DNA from: Bacteroides sp. SM23_62_1
GTDB lineage: Bacteria > Bacteroidota > Bacteroidia > Bacteroidales > SM23-62
Assembly (NCBI GenBank): GCA_001304505.1
Contig: LJUQ01000016.1
Location: 1 to 63,390 of the forward strand
Direction of reading: 5' to 3'
Length of the DNA: 63,390 bases
This document shows positions 49,461 to 59,138 of the stretch, in pieces. Position 1 is the first letter of the stretch. Every line of letters starts with the position of its first letter. The position numbers and the translations under genes were made by a program. Below the pieces are notes generated by a model, which had not been told where the DNA came from, searched no databases, and saw only the letters and a list, made by a program, of their open reading frames with translations.

Positions 49461-50435
49461 TTAATTATCGGAGATTTTGTCAGCATAATCAATTGCCTTT
49501 TGTAGTTCTTCAAGTAATTCTGGCACCCGGGAGAAAGCATCATATTCATCCTCCTTTCCGGGTGTCGGGAGTGTTTCTATCGGAACATAGCCACGGTAAC
49601 TGGATGCACGGATGATACCAACCAGTTTAACCATATCGATTCTGTCTCCATTCCGGTCATGAAGTAATTCTTTAACCTGCCAGTTCACGGCATAAGGAAT
49701 AACCCGTTCAATATCATCATATGGATCAGGGGTAAGAAAGAAGCCGGTATCAACAATTGCTCCTAACCAGTCGGATTGGGCCATTGACATGATTTTCAGA
49801 ACCTCATCAGCGCTTTTAAGCATATCACCATGATTCTGCACTCCCACCATCACTCCGTATTTTTCACCATGCTCAGCACACTCAGCAAGCGCCTCCGACA
49901 TCCATACTGCAGTTTCCTCCCATGTATACCCTTCCGGTTGTGCACCTGCAAAAACGCGTATTACCGGGGCACCCATTTCAGCTGCAGCTTCAATCCATCG
50001 TTTAGCCAGTTCTATATCTTCAATTCGTTTTGCTTTATCTGCAGTGGCAAAATCGTTTCGGATACCTGTGCCACTGATATCCAGTCCGAGTTGAAATGCA
50101 CGGCGTTTGAAATTATTAATGAACTTTCTTTCAGGCACTTCCGGGTAACCAGGGAAAAAGTAACCCGTTGGATCGACAGCATCCAGATCCAACCGGGCGC
50201 ACTCCTCGAGCAGATCCAAAAGGCTCATCCCTCCCTCTTCCCCTCTCATATATTTATAGAGCGGAACATAATAGGACCATGCATTCAGGCTCAATTTGAT
50301 TTTTGCTGTGGAACCTGGTGAGTGAAGTACACCTTTCATTTCATAGCTTTCCTGTAAATGTGTCTTCCCCAGCATTATTCCCATAGGTAACAGGCTGACA
50401 TTTTTAAGAAAATTTCGCCGATTAATAGATTTCAT
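49461..50435 (-). CDS. xylose isomerase-like TIM-barrel protein (sugar phosphate isomerase/epimerase family) with Tat-type signal
   Basis: The N-terminus MKSINRRNFLKN has a twin-arginine motif. The body matches AP-endonuclease-2/xylose isomerase-like TIM barrel patterns (IRVFAG, GVQNHGD, VDTG, IE). Confidence 0.75.
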   Translation of the reverse strand: MKSINRRNFLKNVSLLPMGIMLGKTHLQESYEMKGVLHSPGSTAKIKLSLNAWSYYVPLYKYMRGEEGGMSLLDLLEECARLDLDAVDPTGYFFPGYPEVPERKFINNFKRRAFQLGLDISGTGIRNDFATADKAKRIEDIELAKRWIEAAAEMGAPVIRVFAGAQPEGYTWEETAVWMSEALAECAEHGEKYGVMVGVQNHGDMLKSADEVLKIMSMAQSDWLGAIVDTGFFLTPDPYDDIERVIPYAVNWQVKELLHDRNGDRIDMVKLVGIIRASSYRGYVPIETLPTPGKEDEYDAFSRVPELLEELQKAIDYADKISDN

Positions 50436-50612
50436 AACAAGTTGATTAGAATTTCAGGACCAAAAAGTTTGATTCATTATATATAATAATGGTATCTGCA
50501 GCTATATATTAAAATTTCTTTATTAAGGATATGGTATACCAATCTATGCTTACGGCCAATTCTTAGGGATCAGAGACCGGCCGTATCATATTTGAGAGGT
50601 TCTGGTTTTTTA

Positions 50613-51890
50613 TCATTGCTTTTCCTCGTAAACCACTTCACCCAGTTCATGCTCATCAAACCGGTTGTTTTCGAGTTTCGGTATTGAACCTGCTTTATAG
50701 ATAAATATGGCAGCCTTTTGTGTTTTTGATGAGTTTTTAAATTCGTTCTCTTTTAATACCAGATCCGCAGCAGGTGAATTGATGGAAAAACCATAACCAC
50801 TCCCTTCGGTCCCATTGTTTTCAATAATGTTCCTGATGAAAGTATTTCTGTGAGGAGCATTGCTTTCCCGTTCTCCACGCAAGTTAACTCCGTCGTTTTC
50901 ATTATTATAGATATGATTATTCTCAAAAACAACATCTGTGTCTTTATGCCCTGTACATATACCATACCGCCCGTTATGATGAAATTTATTACCCGTTACT
51001 TCACTCTGATAAACGCGCCAGCAAATAAATAGTCCGTCACGATCATTATGATGAACATCGTTATTTTCAATAACAGAGAAGGGTGAACCTGTGCCCGGGT
51101 GCAGGCCGGTATTACCGCTGCCCGATATTTCACAATTTTTTACAGCAACTTTTTCTGTAATCTGCCAGCTGATTCCCTCACCGTTAAAATCTTTTATCTG
51201 CACATTGTCAATAGTTATATTCTTCGATCTGAATACCAGTACTCCTGCACTGTTACAGCCATCGGCAAAAAAGTTTTCAGACCGGTTGCCATCTGCAAGC
51301 AGGTTTGAAACGGAGCAATTTTCTGCCTCAATAATCTCTATTACAGAAGAAGTGTTGGATATCAATCCATTCAGATCCGACCGGTAATCACGGATTAATC
51401 CTTTATCAATATAGATGACATTATCAAGGATATCGGTAATATAGGCTGTAGAAACATTCCAGCATCCGCTATTTTCGTCGTCTGTCACCTGGACTTTCAT
51501 ACCGATTTCAAATCCATTGGGATTCTCAACGGTTATTTTCAATTCACCATAATCGGCATCAACAATATATTTTGTCTGTATGCCTTTACCCCTTTTCAGA
51601 ACGGTTTCTTTCCCGGAACCCACAAGTTTCACATTCGATTTCATTCGCACCGGTGCAATGATTTCATATAGTCCGGGATTCAATAAAACAGTTCCCCCGG
51701 TTTTTTCTATTGCATCAATCGCAAACTGGATGGACTGGTTATTAAATCCGGATATGTCGGCGGTTTCTCCCCCAACAGTAATTGTGCGTTCAGCGATTTT
51801 CGGATCAACCAGTGCGTCTGCCTTTTTTCTTTCCTGGGCAAAAAGGAACATTGGGAAAGCCAGAACGAAGAATAGAATTGATTTTTTCAT
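50613..51890 (-). CDS. secreted right-handed parallel beta-helix repeat protein
   Basis: Signal peptide is present. Beta-helix turns of about 22 residues recur (NITIDNVQIKDFNGEGISW, VKNCEISGSGNTGLHPG, IENNDVHHNDRDGLF, VTGNKFHHNGRYGI, FENNHIYNNENDGVN). Confidence 0.7.
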   Translation of the reverse strand: MKKSILFFVLAFPMFLFAQERKKADALVDPKIAERTITVGGETADISGFNNQSIQFAIDAIEKTGGTVLLNPGLYEIIAPVRMKSNVKLVGSGKETVLKRGKGIQTKYIVDADYGELKITVENPNGFEIGMKVQVTDDENSGCWNVSTAYITDILDNVIYIDKGLIRDYRSDLNGLISNTSSVIEIIEAENCSVSNLLADGNRSENFFADGCNSAGVLVFRSKNITIDNVQIKDFNGEGISWQITEKVAVKNCEISGSGNTGLHPGTGSPFSVIENNDVHHNDRDGLFICWRVYQSEVTGNKFHHNGRYGICTGHKDTDVVFENNHIYNNENDGVNLRGERESNAPHRNTFIRNIIENNGTEGSGYGFSINSPAADLVLKENEFKNSSKTQKAAIFIYKAGSIPKLENNRFDEHELGEVVYEEKQ

Positions 51891-51958
51891 TTTTAAAAGA
51901 TTGATTATTCTGCATGTTATATGGTAACAATAATTTCAAAAACAGTTCGTCTGCTGAC

Positions 51959-52387
51959 TTATCTCTTTGTGAAGATTACCTCTAATACTAATTCATACCC
52001 ACCTCTGTCAGCAGGATGTTGCATCTTCAGAACTACCCTGTCGGATGTCTCCTTGGTGAAAGTCTGAACAAACAATGCATCATGCCAGTTCATAGCTAAG
52101 GTTTTATCATTTATAAAATTACATGTTGCTGCGGAAAAATTACCTGAATTCTCATTCCACCAATATCGGAACATTTTTATTTTTTCATCCCATGCGAAAA
52201 TACCTTTTGCTTCTCCTCCTGAGTTGCCTGAGTATTCAAATAATATATATTTATCCTTTAATATTTTCTTAAATGATCCCACTCCTGTATCAGTTCCGGG
52301 ATCACTGAAAACACTTTTTGGAATTATAGATTCCAGAATCCAATCACCAATAAGAAACTCGAATTTGTCCAGGTTATCCTTACTCAT
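51959..52387 (-). CDS. DUF1579-like small protein
   Basis: 142 aa. LDKFEFLIGDW...G.G.F..IL.DKYILFEY resembles DUF1579. Confidence in the family assignment is low. Confidence 0.5.
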   Translation of the reverse strand: MSKDNLDKFEFLIGDWILESIIPKSVFSDPGTDTGVGSFKKILKDKYILFEYSGNSGGEAKGIFAWDEKIKMFRYWWNENSGNFSAATCNFINDKTLAMNWHDALFVQTFTKETSDRVVLKMQHPADRGGYELVLEVIFTKR

Positions 52388-52398
52388 AATTTTTGTTT

Positions 52399-53653
52399 TT
52401 ATTTTCCAATTATTGATTTATAAATTTCTTCTTTAAAATTTTCGTTTCCCATCTTGTCTGCTATTTCTTCCGCTTTCTTTTTGAAGGAAGCATTGTTTAC
52501 CAATTCAAGAATTCTTGGTTCGAAGTTTTTCATGGTCATTTTATTAATTTTTATTCCCTCCGGTCCGGCCCCTGTTTCATAAATGATTCTATTCCACACA
52601 AATTGATCAATTATATGCGGGATAATCATTGTGGGGCAACCATACTTAAGTGCCAGGTGAGTTGTCCCTGAGCCTCCATGATGAATGACTCCATAGATTC
52701 TTTGAAAAATCCAGTCGTAAGGGATTTGGGAAACAAAATGAGTCAGATCAGTGTCAAATTTATCCGGTTTGACAAGGCCTCCGGATGCAGTATTGAGGAT
52801 TGCAGGAATTTTATTTCGTCCAAGTATTTCAAGTATTATTTTAGTTTTTACTTCCGGTTCCGGATTGGTCATACTGCCAAAAGTAATAAACAGGATTTTA
52901 TTATGTTTTTCCAGAAAGTCACTTAAATTTTTATCCGGATGCCAGTCAACGATTTTATTCCTTTCATGATATCCCAATGCCTTGAGATTTTCATTCCAGT
53001 AATCCGGTCTTGTGAAAAGAGCGGGTGAAATTGTATAAACTACCTTATTCGATAAAAGAACATTTTTTATTTGTTTCCGGGTTATTTTTCTTGTGATTTT
53101 AAGCCATCTTATTGATATCATAACTGTTGTGACCAAACCGAAATTTGCTAATGAATAGGTTAGTTTATTCAAAAAAGGGCCATAGTTGCTATTAAAAGCA
53201 ACATGTGTATGATCTTTCACATAGTGCATATAGGGTACAGGACTTATAAGAACAGTTTTCACGTAATTATTTAATTCCCAGATGATGGGATAAATGACTT
53301 TTCCATTATATACAATTCTATCCGGGTTTTTCGCTTTCGATTAATTCAAATTGTCTGTTAATAAGTTCTTTATTTATTTCTGAAGATTTTCCAGCCAGTC
53401 TTATGTACGCGATCATTTTCCTTAAACCCGAACCACTTCCTCCAAGAGCAGCTATTCCATCAGCACTTTCCAGCAACTTAATATATTTTGTTCCAAGAGA
53501 GGCAAATTCCATATTTGAATCTTCAGCAAGATTTCTGAATTGTTCCGGGAAAGCACAGATTACCTGGTGTCCATTTTCTTTCAAAATTTCACCAATTGCC
53601 AGAAACGGTTCCATATCTCCACGGGTTCCTATTGATATTAAAATTATTTTCAT
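52399..53653 (-). pseudogene. GT1/GT28-type (MGT/UDP-glycosyltransferase) gene split by a 1-nt frameshift
   Basis: The N-terminal piece (53653-53318) is MKIILISIGTRGDMEPFLAIGEILKENGHQVICAFPEQF. The C-terminal piece (53262-52399) contains HHGGSGTTHLALKYGCPTMIIPHIIDQFVWN. Reading the other frame across 53331-53263 gives KNPDRIVYNGKVIYPIIWELNNYVKTVLISP, which joins the two pieces seamlessly. The shift lies in AAAAACCCGG (53321-53331 on the plus strand). Confidence 0.75.
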
Positions 53654-54159
53654 TTGTTTTTTAATTGGTTATCAAATGTTAGAGGTTATAGGAAGTGTAA
53701 GATTCTGGCTTTTGCCATTCCCGCGGGCAGTTATAGTTTTTTTCTTAAACGGACATGAAGTTTTTTCATGAAAAACTACGCAACGACTCATGAAAAAGTT
53801 CATGGGAGTTCCCTGCTGTAAAGTTTAAATTTGTTGATTCATTATGACAAATTTAAACTTTTTACAGAGGAAAATTAATGTTTTTATTGTAATGGAGTCA
53901 AACATAGTTGAAAAGAGCACAGGACATAATAAGCCAGATGAGGTATAGTGAGAAGAGTTTTTGCAAATATAGTCATGAATCTGTGTCAGATCACACACAT
54001 TCACCCGGCAGTTTATTTACTGCATGCTGCTATCCCATATTCCGGCCAGTGAAAATGTTAAACGTAGCTCTTCTACCTGAGAAGTTACGTAATTAACGCT
54101 GGTCCGATAACAGGTTGATATTGTAAAATATTATATTTCAATAAATTAATAAAGACAAG

Positions 54160-55404
54160 TTACTTTGCTTTGATATCATAAGCCATCAAAGCATTGGTAT
54201 GCCTTATGTAGAGGACACCATTGTGAATAACGGGGTGTGCCCAGAATGGTCCTGCATCACCCTGGGTAACCTGGAAACTGCTGACGGGATCGAATTTTTC
54301 AGGATTGGCCTTTAAGAGTCCCACATTTCCATTCTTTTCCTCATATATATAAAGCATTCCTTCAGCGGAAATAATAGATCCTTTACAGTTCCAGTGTTCT
54401 TCCCACATTTTTTTACCGGTTTTCCATTCGATACAGCACCAGTTTCCGTTGGCGTTGTTCAGCCAGTTTGCACCATATATATAGCCGTTTATCAGTACTA
54501 CTCCTCCATGGTGAACATCCAATACGTCGTCTGTCCATACTACAATTGCGCTCTTCCCATCCCCGGTAATTTTGACCATCATACCGCCTGTATTATAGCC
54601 TCCGGTTACATAAACCTGGCCGTCATGAAATAATGGTGTTACGCATTTGATAAGATCCCGTCCCGGTCTTTGATTCTCATGAGCAACCTTCCAGAGGATT
54701 TCACCATTTGAGGCATCGACACCAAAAACGTGTCCCAACGATACATTTACAATCATTTTCCTGCCTGCATAATTGATAAGGATCGGTGAAACATAACCTG
54801 GCTTGTCATTAAGACTTTTGGATTTCCAGACGACTTCTCCGGTTTCCTTATTAAGGGCTATGGTCATTGTCACAGGTCCGCCGGGTGAATAATACACTTT
54901 ATCACCATCTACCAGAAGCGCTTCTGCAATACCCCAGCTTCCGTAAGTACCTTTATTCAGTTCACTGGCCTTATATGACCAGATTATTTTCCCGGTGGTT
55001 CCGTCAATACATGCCAGGTCACCTGATCCACTGCAGGTGTAAACTCTGTTTCCTTCAACGGTGGGAGTAGCCCTGCTTTCAGGATTGGATCCTGTCCAGG
55101 CACGGCCCATCACTGTTTGCCACAGGATCCTGCCACTCATGTCCAGTGCAACCAGAATATCGTTTCTGTCTTTAAGGCCGGTTGTATATATAACATTGTT
55201 TCCGAATGAAACCGAAGAGTAACCTTTGGGGAGCTCGAGATTGGACCAGAGCAGAGTTGGTCCGGAAGCAGGCCATGATTTTAAAAGGCCTGTTTCTGCC
55301 GATACACCGGTGCGGTTTTCTTCTCGCCATTCACTGATTTGTTGTGCATTCAAAACCTGTAGGCCTGTTAAAACCGAAAGTATGACTGCAATAATTAATT
55401 TCAT
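54160..55404 (-). CDS. secreted PQQ-like beta-propeller repeat protein (BamB-like fold), divergent member P1
   Basis: Signal peptide is present. Propeller blade motifs recur (VIYTTG, LVALDMSGRILW, VYTCSGSGDLACIDGTTGKIIW, ALNKETGEVVW, GVDASNGEILW, CIEWKTGKKMW). Confidence 0.75.
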   Translation of the reverse strand: MKLIIAVILSVLTGLQVLNAQQISEWREENRTGVSAETGLLKSWPASGPTLLWSNLELPKGYSSVSFGNNVIYTTGLKDRNDILVALDMSGRILWQTVMGRAWTGSNPESRATPTVEGNRVYTCSGSGDLACIDGTTGKIIWSYKASELNKGTYGSWGIAEALLVDGDKVYYSPGGPVTMTIALNKETGEVVWKSKSLNDKPGYVSPILINYAGRKMIVNVSLGHVFGVDASNGEILWKVAHENQRPGRDLIKCVTPLFHDGQVYVTGGYNTGGMMVKITGDGKSAIVVWTDDVLDVHHGGVVLINGYIYGANWLNNANGNWCCIEWKTGKKMWEEHWNCKGSIISAEGMLYIYEEKNGNVGLLKANPEKFDPVSSFQVTQGDAGPFWAHPVIHNGVLYIRHTNALMAYDIKAK

Positions 55405-55710
55405 AATTGTTCTTTTGTAAATAAAATAATGCTTTTACTTTTTTAAAAGGTAAATCTATATTTTTCAGATATTCCAGGACTTTAAAACAGGAACCTGATA
55501 AATATGCAAATATATATATATTTATTTTATTAAGATTGAACTTACATATATACAGCTATAACATGTATGACAGGCAAAAGGATAACCTGCCGCAGTCATG
55601 GTTAGCGCTCACTTTCTAAAACAAAATAACTTGATTTGAACTGGAAGATTTAAAACCGCATAGCTTACCGGTCATTAAAGTGCAACTTTTTCAATGATTC
55701 ATTATAAGAA

Positions 55711-57048
55711 TCACTGAGCAATTTTGATACACAATAACTGACTTTGATCCCGGATCAGTAACTTACCATTGGCAAGTGCGATAGGTGCCCAGTTAAGGCC
55801 GGTGTTTAGTAACTCTGCTGATGCAACCGGTTTGAAAGCAACCGGATCAGGTTCTATAAGGTATAAACTCTTGGTGCCGTCAGTAGCAAGAATCAGTCTG
55901 TCGGCCAGGATCATACTGCCTTTATTGAAATCAGGCGAACGTTTTGTTTTCCACATGATCTGGCCATCCATGCTCATACACACCAGGCCATCACGCCGGT
56001 TATTGGTACCATATTGAGCATAGAAATAACCGTTATGTAATATTGGCGGTTTTGTTTGATCGCCAAATTCTTCTGTTTTAAAAAGTTCTGCAACGCCATA
56101 ACTGCCATTTACATTTTTTTCGATTTTTAACATAACTGCACCGAGTTCATATCCACCTGCAATAAGCACTTTATTTTCACCGGCATCAACTGCACTTGGC
56201 ACCGAAATGTGACAATGCCACTTATCATATTCCCAAAGGATTTTTCCCGTAAGCGGCTCTATTCCAACAACTTTGCCCAAGTTGAATTCATCCGGGCTTG
56301 ACTTTCTGTAAGGATTAGTCGATGGAGTTACCATCACAACATGGTCATTTCCATTTATCTTTACAATGGCCGGGCTGACATAGCCTACATAGCCAAGGGA
56401 ATCTGTTTTCCATTTCACATCCCCTGTAAGTTTGTTATAAGCCACCACACCTGCTTCCGGTGCTTGTGATGCTATAATAAGCAAATCGCCGTAAACTAAT
56501 GGGCATTGTGAAATTGCCCATACGGGAAAGCGTCCGTGTGGACGAGGCCCCCACGGTACACGTCCACTTCCGGTAAGAGGCATACCGCCGAAATCTTTCC
56601 ACACGTTAACATTCCAGACGGGCTTCTGTGTGTTGATGTCAATGCAATACAGGTTGCCATTGTGGCCACACGAATAAACGTGATTGCCGTCAATGGTCGG
56701 TACGCTTCGCGAGCCGGGATACTGAACGGATCCGGGAGCTTCATAAGCAAAATTCCAGAGCTCTTTTCCACTGGAAAGGTCAAAACATCTCATGTTATCG
56801 CCAATCTCGTCATCTCTGTCGAGTAAATAGACCTTACCGTCTTTGACAACAGGTCCGCCAAAACCAATGCCTAAATCCACAGTCCATAAAACTTCCGGCT
56901 TGTTCTCCGGCCAGGAGCGTAAAATACCTTTCTGGGGTGATGTACTGTTTCTGTCGGGCCCCAGATACTGCGGCCAGTCTTGTGCGTAAACGTTCGCTAT
57001 GAAAACGAACAAGACAACCACAGGAATATAAATTTTACTTTGTTTCAT
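55711..57048 (-). CDS. secreted PQQ-like beta-propeller paralog P2
   Basis: The mature N-terminus is QDWPQYLGPDRNSTSPQKGILRSWPENKPEVLWTV. It is close to P3-P5. The Met at 57048 (MKQSKIYIP) matches the paralog starts; the track ORF begins at 57090. Confidence 0.8.
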   Translation of the reverse strand: MKQSKIYIPVVVLFVFIANVYAQDWPQYLGPDRNSTSPQKGILRSWPENKPEVLWTVDLGIGFGGPVVKDGKVYLLDRDDEIGDNMRCFDLSSGKELWNFAYEAPGSVQYPGSRSVPTIDGNHVYSCGHNGNLYCIDINTQKPVWNVNVWKDFGGMPLTGSGRVPWGPRPHGRFPVWAISQCPLVYGDLLIIASQAPEAGVVAYNKLTGDVKWKTDSLGYVGYVSPAIVKINGNDHVVMVTPSTNPYRKSSPDEFNLGKVVGIEPLTGKILWEYDKWHCHISVPSAVDAGENKVLIAGGYELGAVMLKIEKNVNGSYGVAELFKTEEFGDQTKPPILHNGYFYAQYGTNNRRDGLVCMSMDGQIMWKTKRSPDFNKGSMILADRLILATDGTKSLYLIEPDPVAFKPVASAELLNTGLNWAPIALANGKLLIRDQSQLLCIKIAQ

Positions 57049-57135
57049 TTTACCACCCCTTTCTAATTTGCTAAATGAGTTAGTATTCAATGCGTTGTGT
57101 GATTGAAAAAGCTAAGTGACTGAATTATATATTAA

Positions 57136-57191
57136 TTTGCAGAGTACCAGGTTCTCGGAAAGCAATTCTGCAAATTTCTCATTATTAATAT
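57136..57191 (-). promoter_or_regulatory. conserved intergenic element upstream of P2: hairpin TTTGCAGA/TCTGCAAA plus conserved box
   Basis: 57136-57143 pairs with 57167-57174. The flanking ATTTCTCATTATTAATAT is identical to 59071-59088. Confidence 0.5.
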
Positions 57192-57600
57192 ATTCGGCAT
57201 AACGGCATAACATGTTGATATTCAATTAACTATCATTCTATTTTTTTACTACATGCTATCCATAGGCAATCTTCTTTTATCCTGCAATTCTTGCATCCAA
57301 CAAGTTTTGATATGGCCGTAATTACGACAAATCTAATTATTACGAAGGAAATTGTCAGATAAAGAATCGTTTTTAAATTATTGGTTTAAAACAGATAAAT
57401 AGCAATTGCCAGCGGAACAAACCAGTTGAGAAACTGAATACCTATATTCCTTCTGGAGTGGCAATGAGCCGTATTGTTCTCAGTATTTATTTTTTCAGCT
57501 TGACTGCCAGCAGTACAATTATTATTCAGAGCCATTATTCTTTCGCAGGGTCTTGTATATAGGCGAAACGTAACTATTTTTCAACAATTGATTACAGTGA

Positions 57601-58911
57601 TCATTTAGCAACTCTGACACACATTAACCTGCTTTGATCCCGGATCAGTAGCTTGCCGTCAGCAAGTGCCATAGGTGCCCAGTTTTGATTTCCATACCTT
57701 TCCCGTTCTGCCAGGTCTGTTGCTATTTCAAGCAAATTTGCTGATGCAAGCGGCATAAAAGCAGACGGATCCGGCTCTATCAGATACAAGGTCTTGTCGC
57801 CGTCGGTAGCCAGAATCAATCCGTCGGCAAGGATCATACTGCCTTTATTAAAACCAGGTGAACGTCCTGTTTTCCATATTACCTGGCCATCCATGCTCAT
57901 ACAAACCATGCCGTCACGCCGCTCATTGGTTGAATATTGAGCATAGAAAAAGCCATTATATAATACCGGCGGTTTTGTATGTGCGCCAAAGTCAACATTT
58001 TTATAAAGTTCTGTAACACCATAGCTGCCGTCTGCTTTCCTCTCAATTTTTAACATAGCCGCACCGGCTTCGTATCCACCTGTAATCAGCACTCTATTCT
58101 CACCGGCATCAAATGCAGCCGGTACTGGAATTATACATTGCCAGTTCGTATATTCCCACAGGATTTTACCGGTGAGCGGGTCTATTCCAACGACTTTACC
58201 ACCGCTTGCGGGGCTCCCATGACCAAAGGACGAAGCGGTTATCATAACAACATGGTCCTTTCCGCCTACCTTTATGATAGTCGGGCTGACATATCCTTCA
58301 TTACCAAGAGATGGTGTTGTCCATTGAACATCACCGGTGAGCTTTTCGTAGGCCACCACACCTGCCTGAGGTGCCTGCGAGGCCACAATAAGCAAATCAC
58401 CGTAAACCAGGGGACACTGCGTAATTGCCCATCTCGGAATTTCGCCCCCGCCGAAATCCGTCCAAACATTCTTATTCCAGACGGGCTTGTGTGTGTTAAT
58501 ATCTATGCAATACAGGTCGCCATTGTGTCCGCACGAATAAACATAATTACCGTCTAAAGCCGGTACACTTCGTGAACCGGGAAACCTGACAGATCCGGGA
58601 GCATCATAAGCAAAATTCCATAGTTCCTTACCACTGGAAAGATCAAAGCACCGCAGGTTATCGCCAACCTGGTCATCCCTGTCGAGCAAATAAACCTTAC
58701 CTTCTTTAATAACAGGTCCACCATTGCCTCGGCCCATACCCACAGTCCATAACACTTCCGGCCCGTTCTCTGGCCAGGAGCGTAAAATACCTTTCTGGGG
58801 TGATGTACTGTTTCTGACGGGCCCCAGATACTGCGGCCAGTCTTGTGCATAGACACTTGCTACGCAGGCTAACAAGATAACCACCGGAATATATATCTTT
58901 CTTAGTTTCAT
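57601..58911 (-). CDS. secreted PQQ-like beta-propeller paralog P3
   Basis: MKLRKIYIPVVILLACVASVYAQDWPQYLGPVRNSTSPQKGILRSWPENGPEVLWTV. It is collinear with P2, P4 and P5. Confidence 0.8.
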   Translation of the reverse strand: MKLRKIYIPVVILLACVASVYAQDWPQYLGPVRNSTSPQKGILRSWPENGPEVLWTVGMGRGNGGPVIKEGKVYLLDRDDQVGDNLRCFDLSSGKELWNFAYDAPGSVRFPGSRSVPALDGNYVYSCGHNGDLYCIDINTHKPVWNKNVWTDFGGGEIPRWAITQCPLVYGDLLIVASQAPQAGVVAYEKLTGDVQWTTPSLGNEGYVSPTIIKVGGKDHVVMITASSFGHGSPASGGKVVGIDPLTGKILWEYTNWQCIIPVPAAFDAGENRVLITGGYEAGAAMLKIERKADGSYGVTELYKNVDFGAHTKPPVLYNGFFYAQYSTNERRDGMVCMSMDGQVIWKTGRSPGFNKGSMILADGLILATDGDKTLYLIEPDPSAFMPLASANLLEIATDLAERERYGNQNWAPMALADGKLLIRDQSRLMCVRVAK

Positions 58912-59038
58912 TTTTATAACTGCTTCTATTTTTAATAAGTTTGGTATTTACATTCTATTCAATTTTGTTGGATACCGTTCTGGTATTTTTCAATGCATTG
59001 TGCGATTAAATATTGTAAGCAATTGAATTAAATACTTT

Positions 59039-59088
59039 TTGTAGAGTCACATCCCGGCGGAGCTCTACAAATTTCTCATTATTAATAT
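59039..59088 (-). promoter_or_regulatory. conserved intergenic element upstream of P3: hairpin TTGTAGAG/CTCTACAA plus conserved box
   Basis: 59039-59046 pairs with 59063-59070. Relative to the P2 copy the stem shows a paired change (GCAGA/TCTGC becomes GTAGA/TCTAC). Confidence 0.5.
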
Positions 59089-59138
59089 CTTCTGTTTAAT
59101 CACACAACGCGTTAATTTTCAATAATTCTTTACAAGAA

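Noticed and set aside
53908-54096. 62-aa ORF in the spacer between P1 and the glycosyltransferase
   Set aside because: There is no family resemblance, the composition is Cys/His/Ser-rich and odd, and the ORF is isolated on the opposite strand to all its neighbours.
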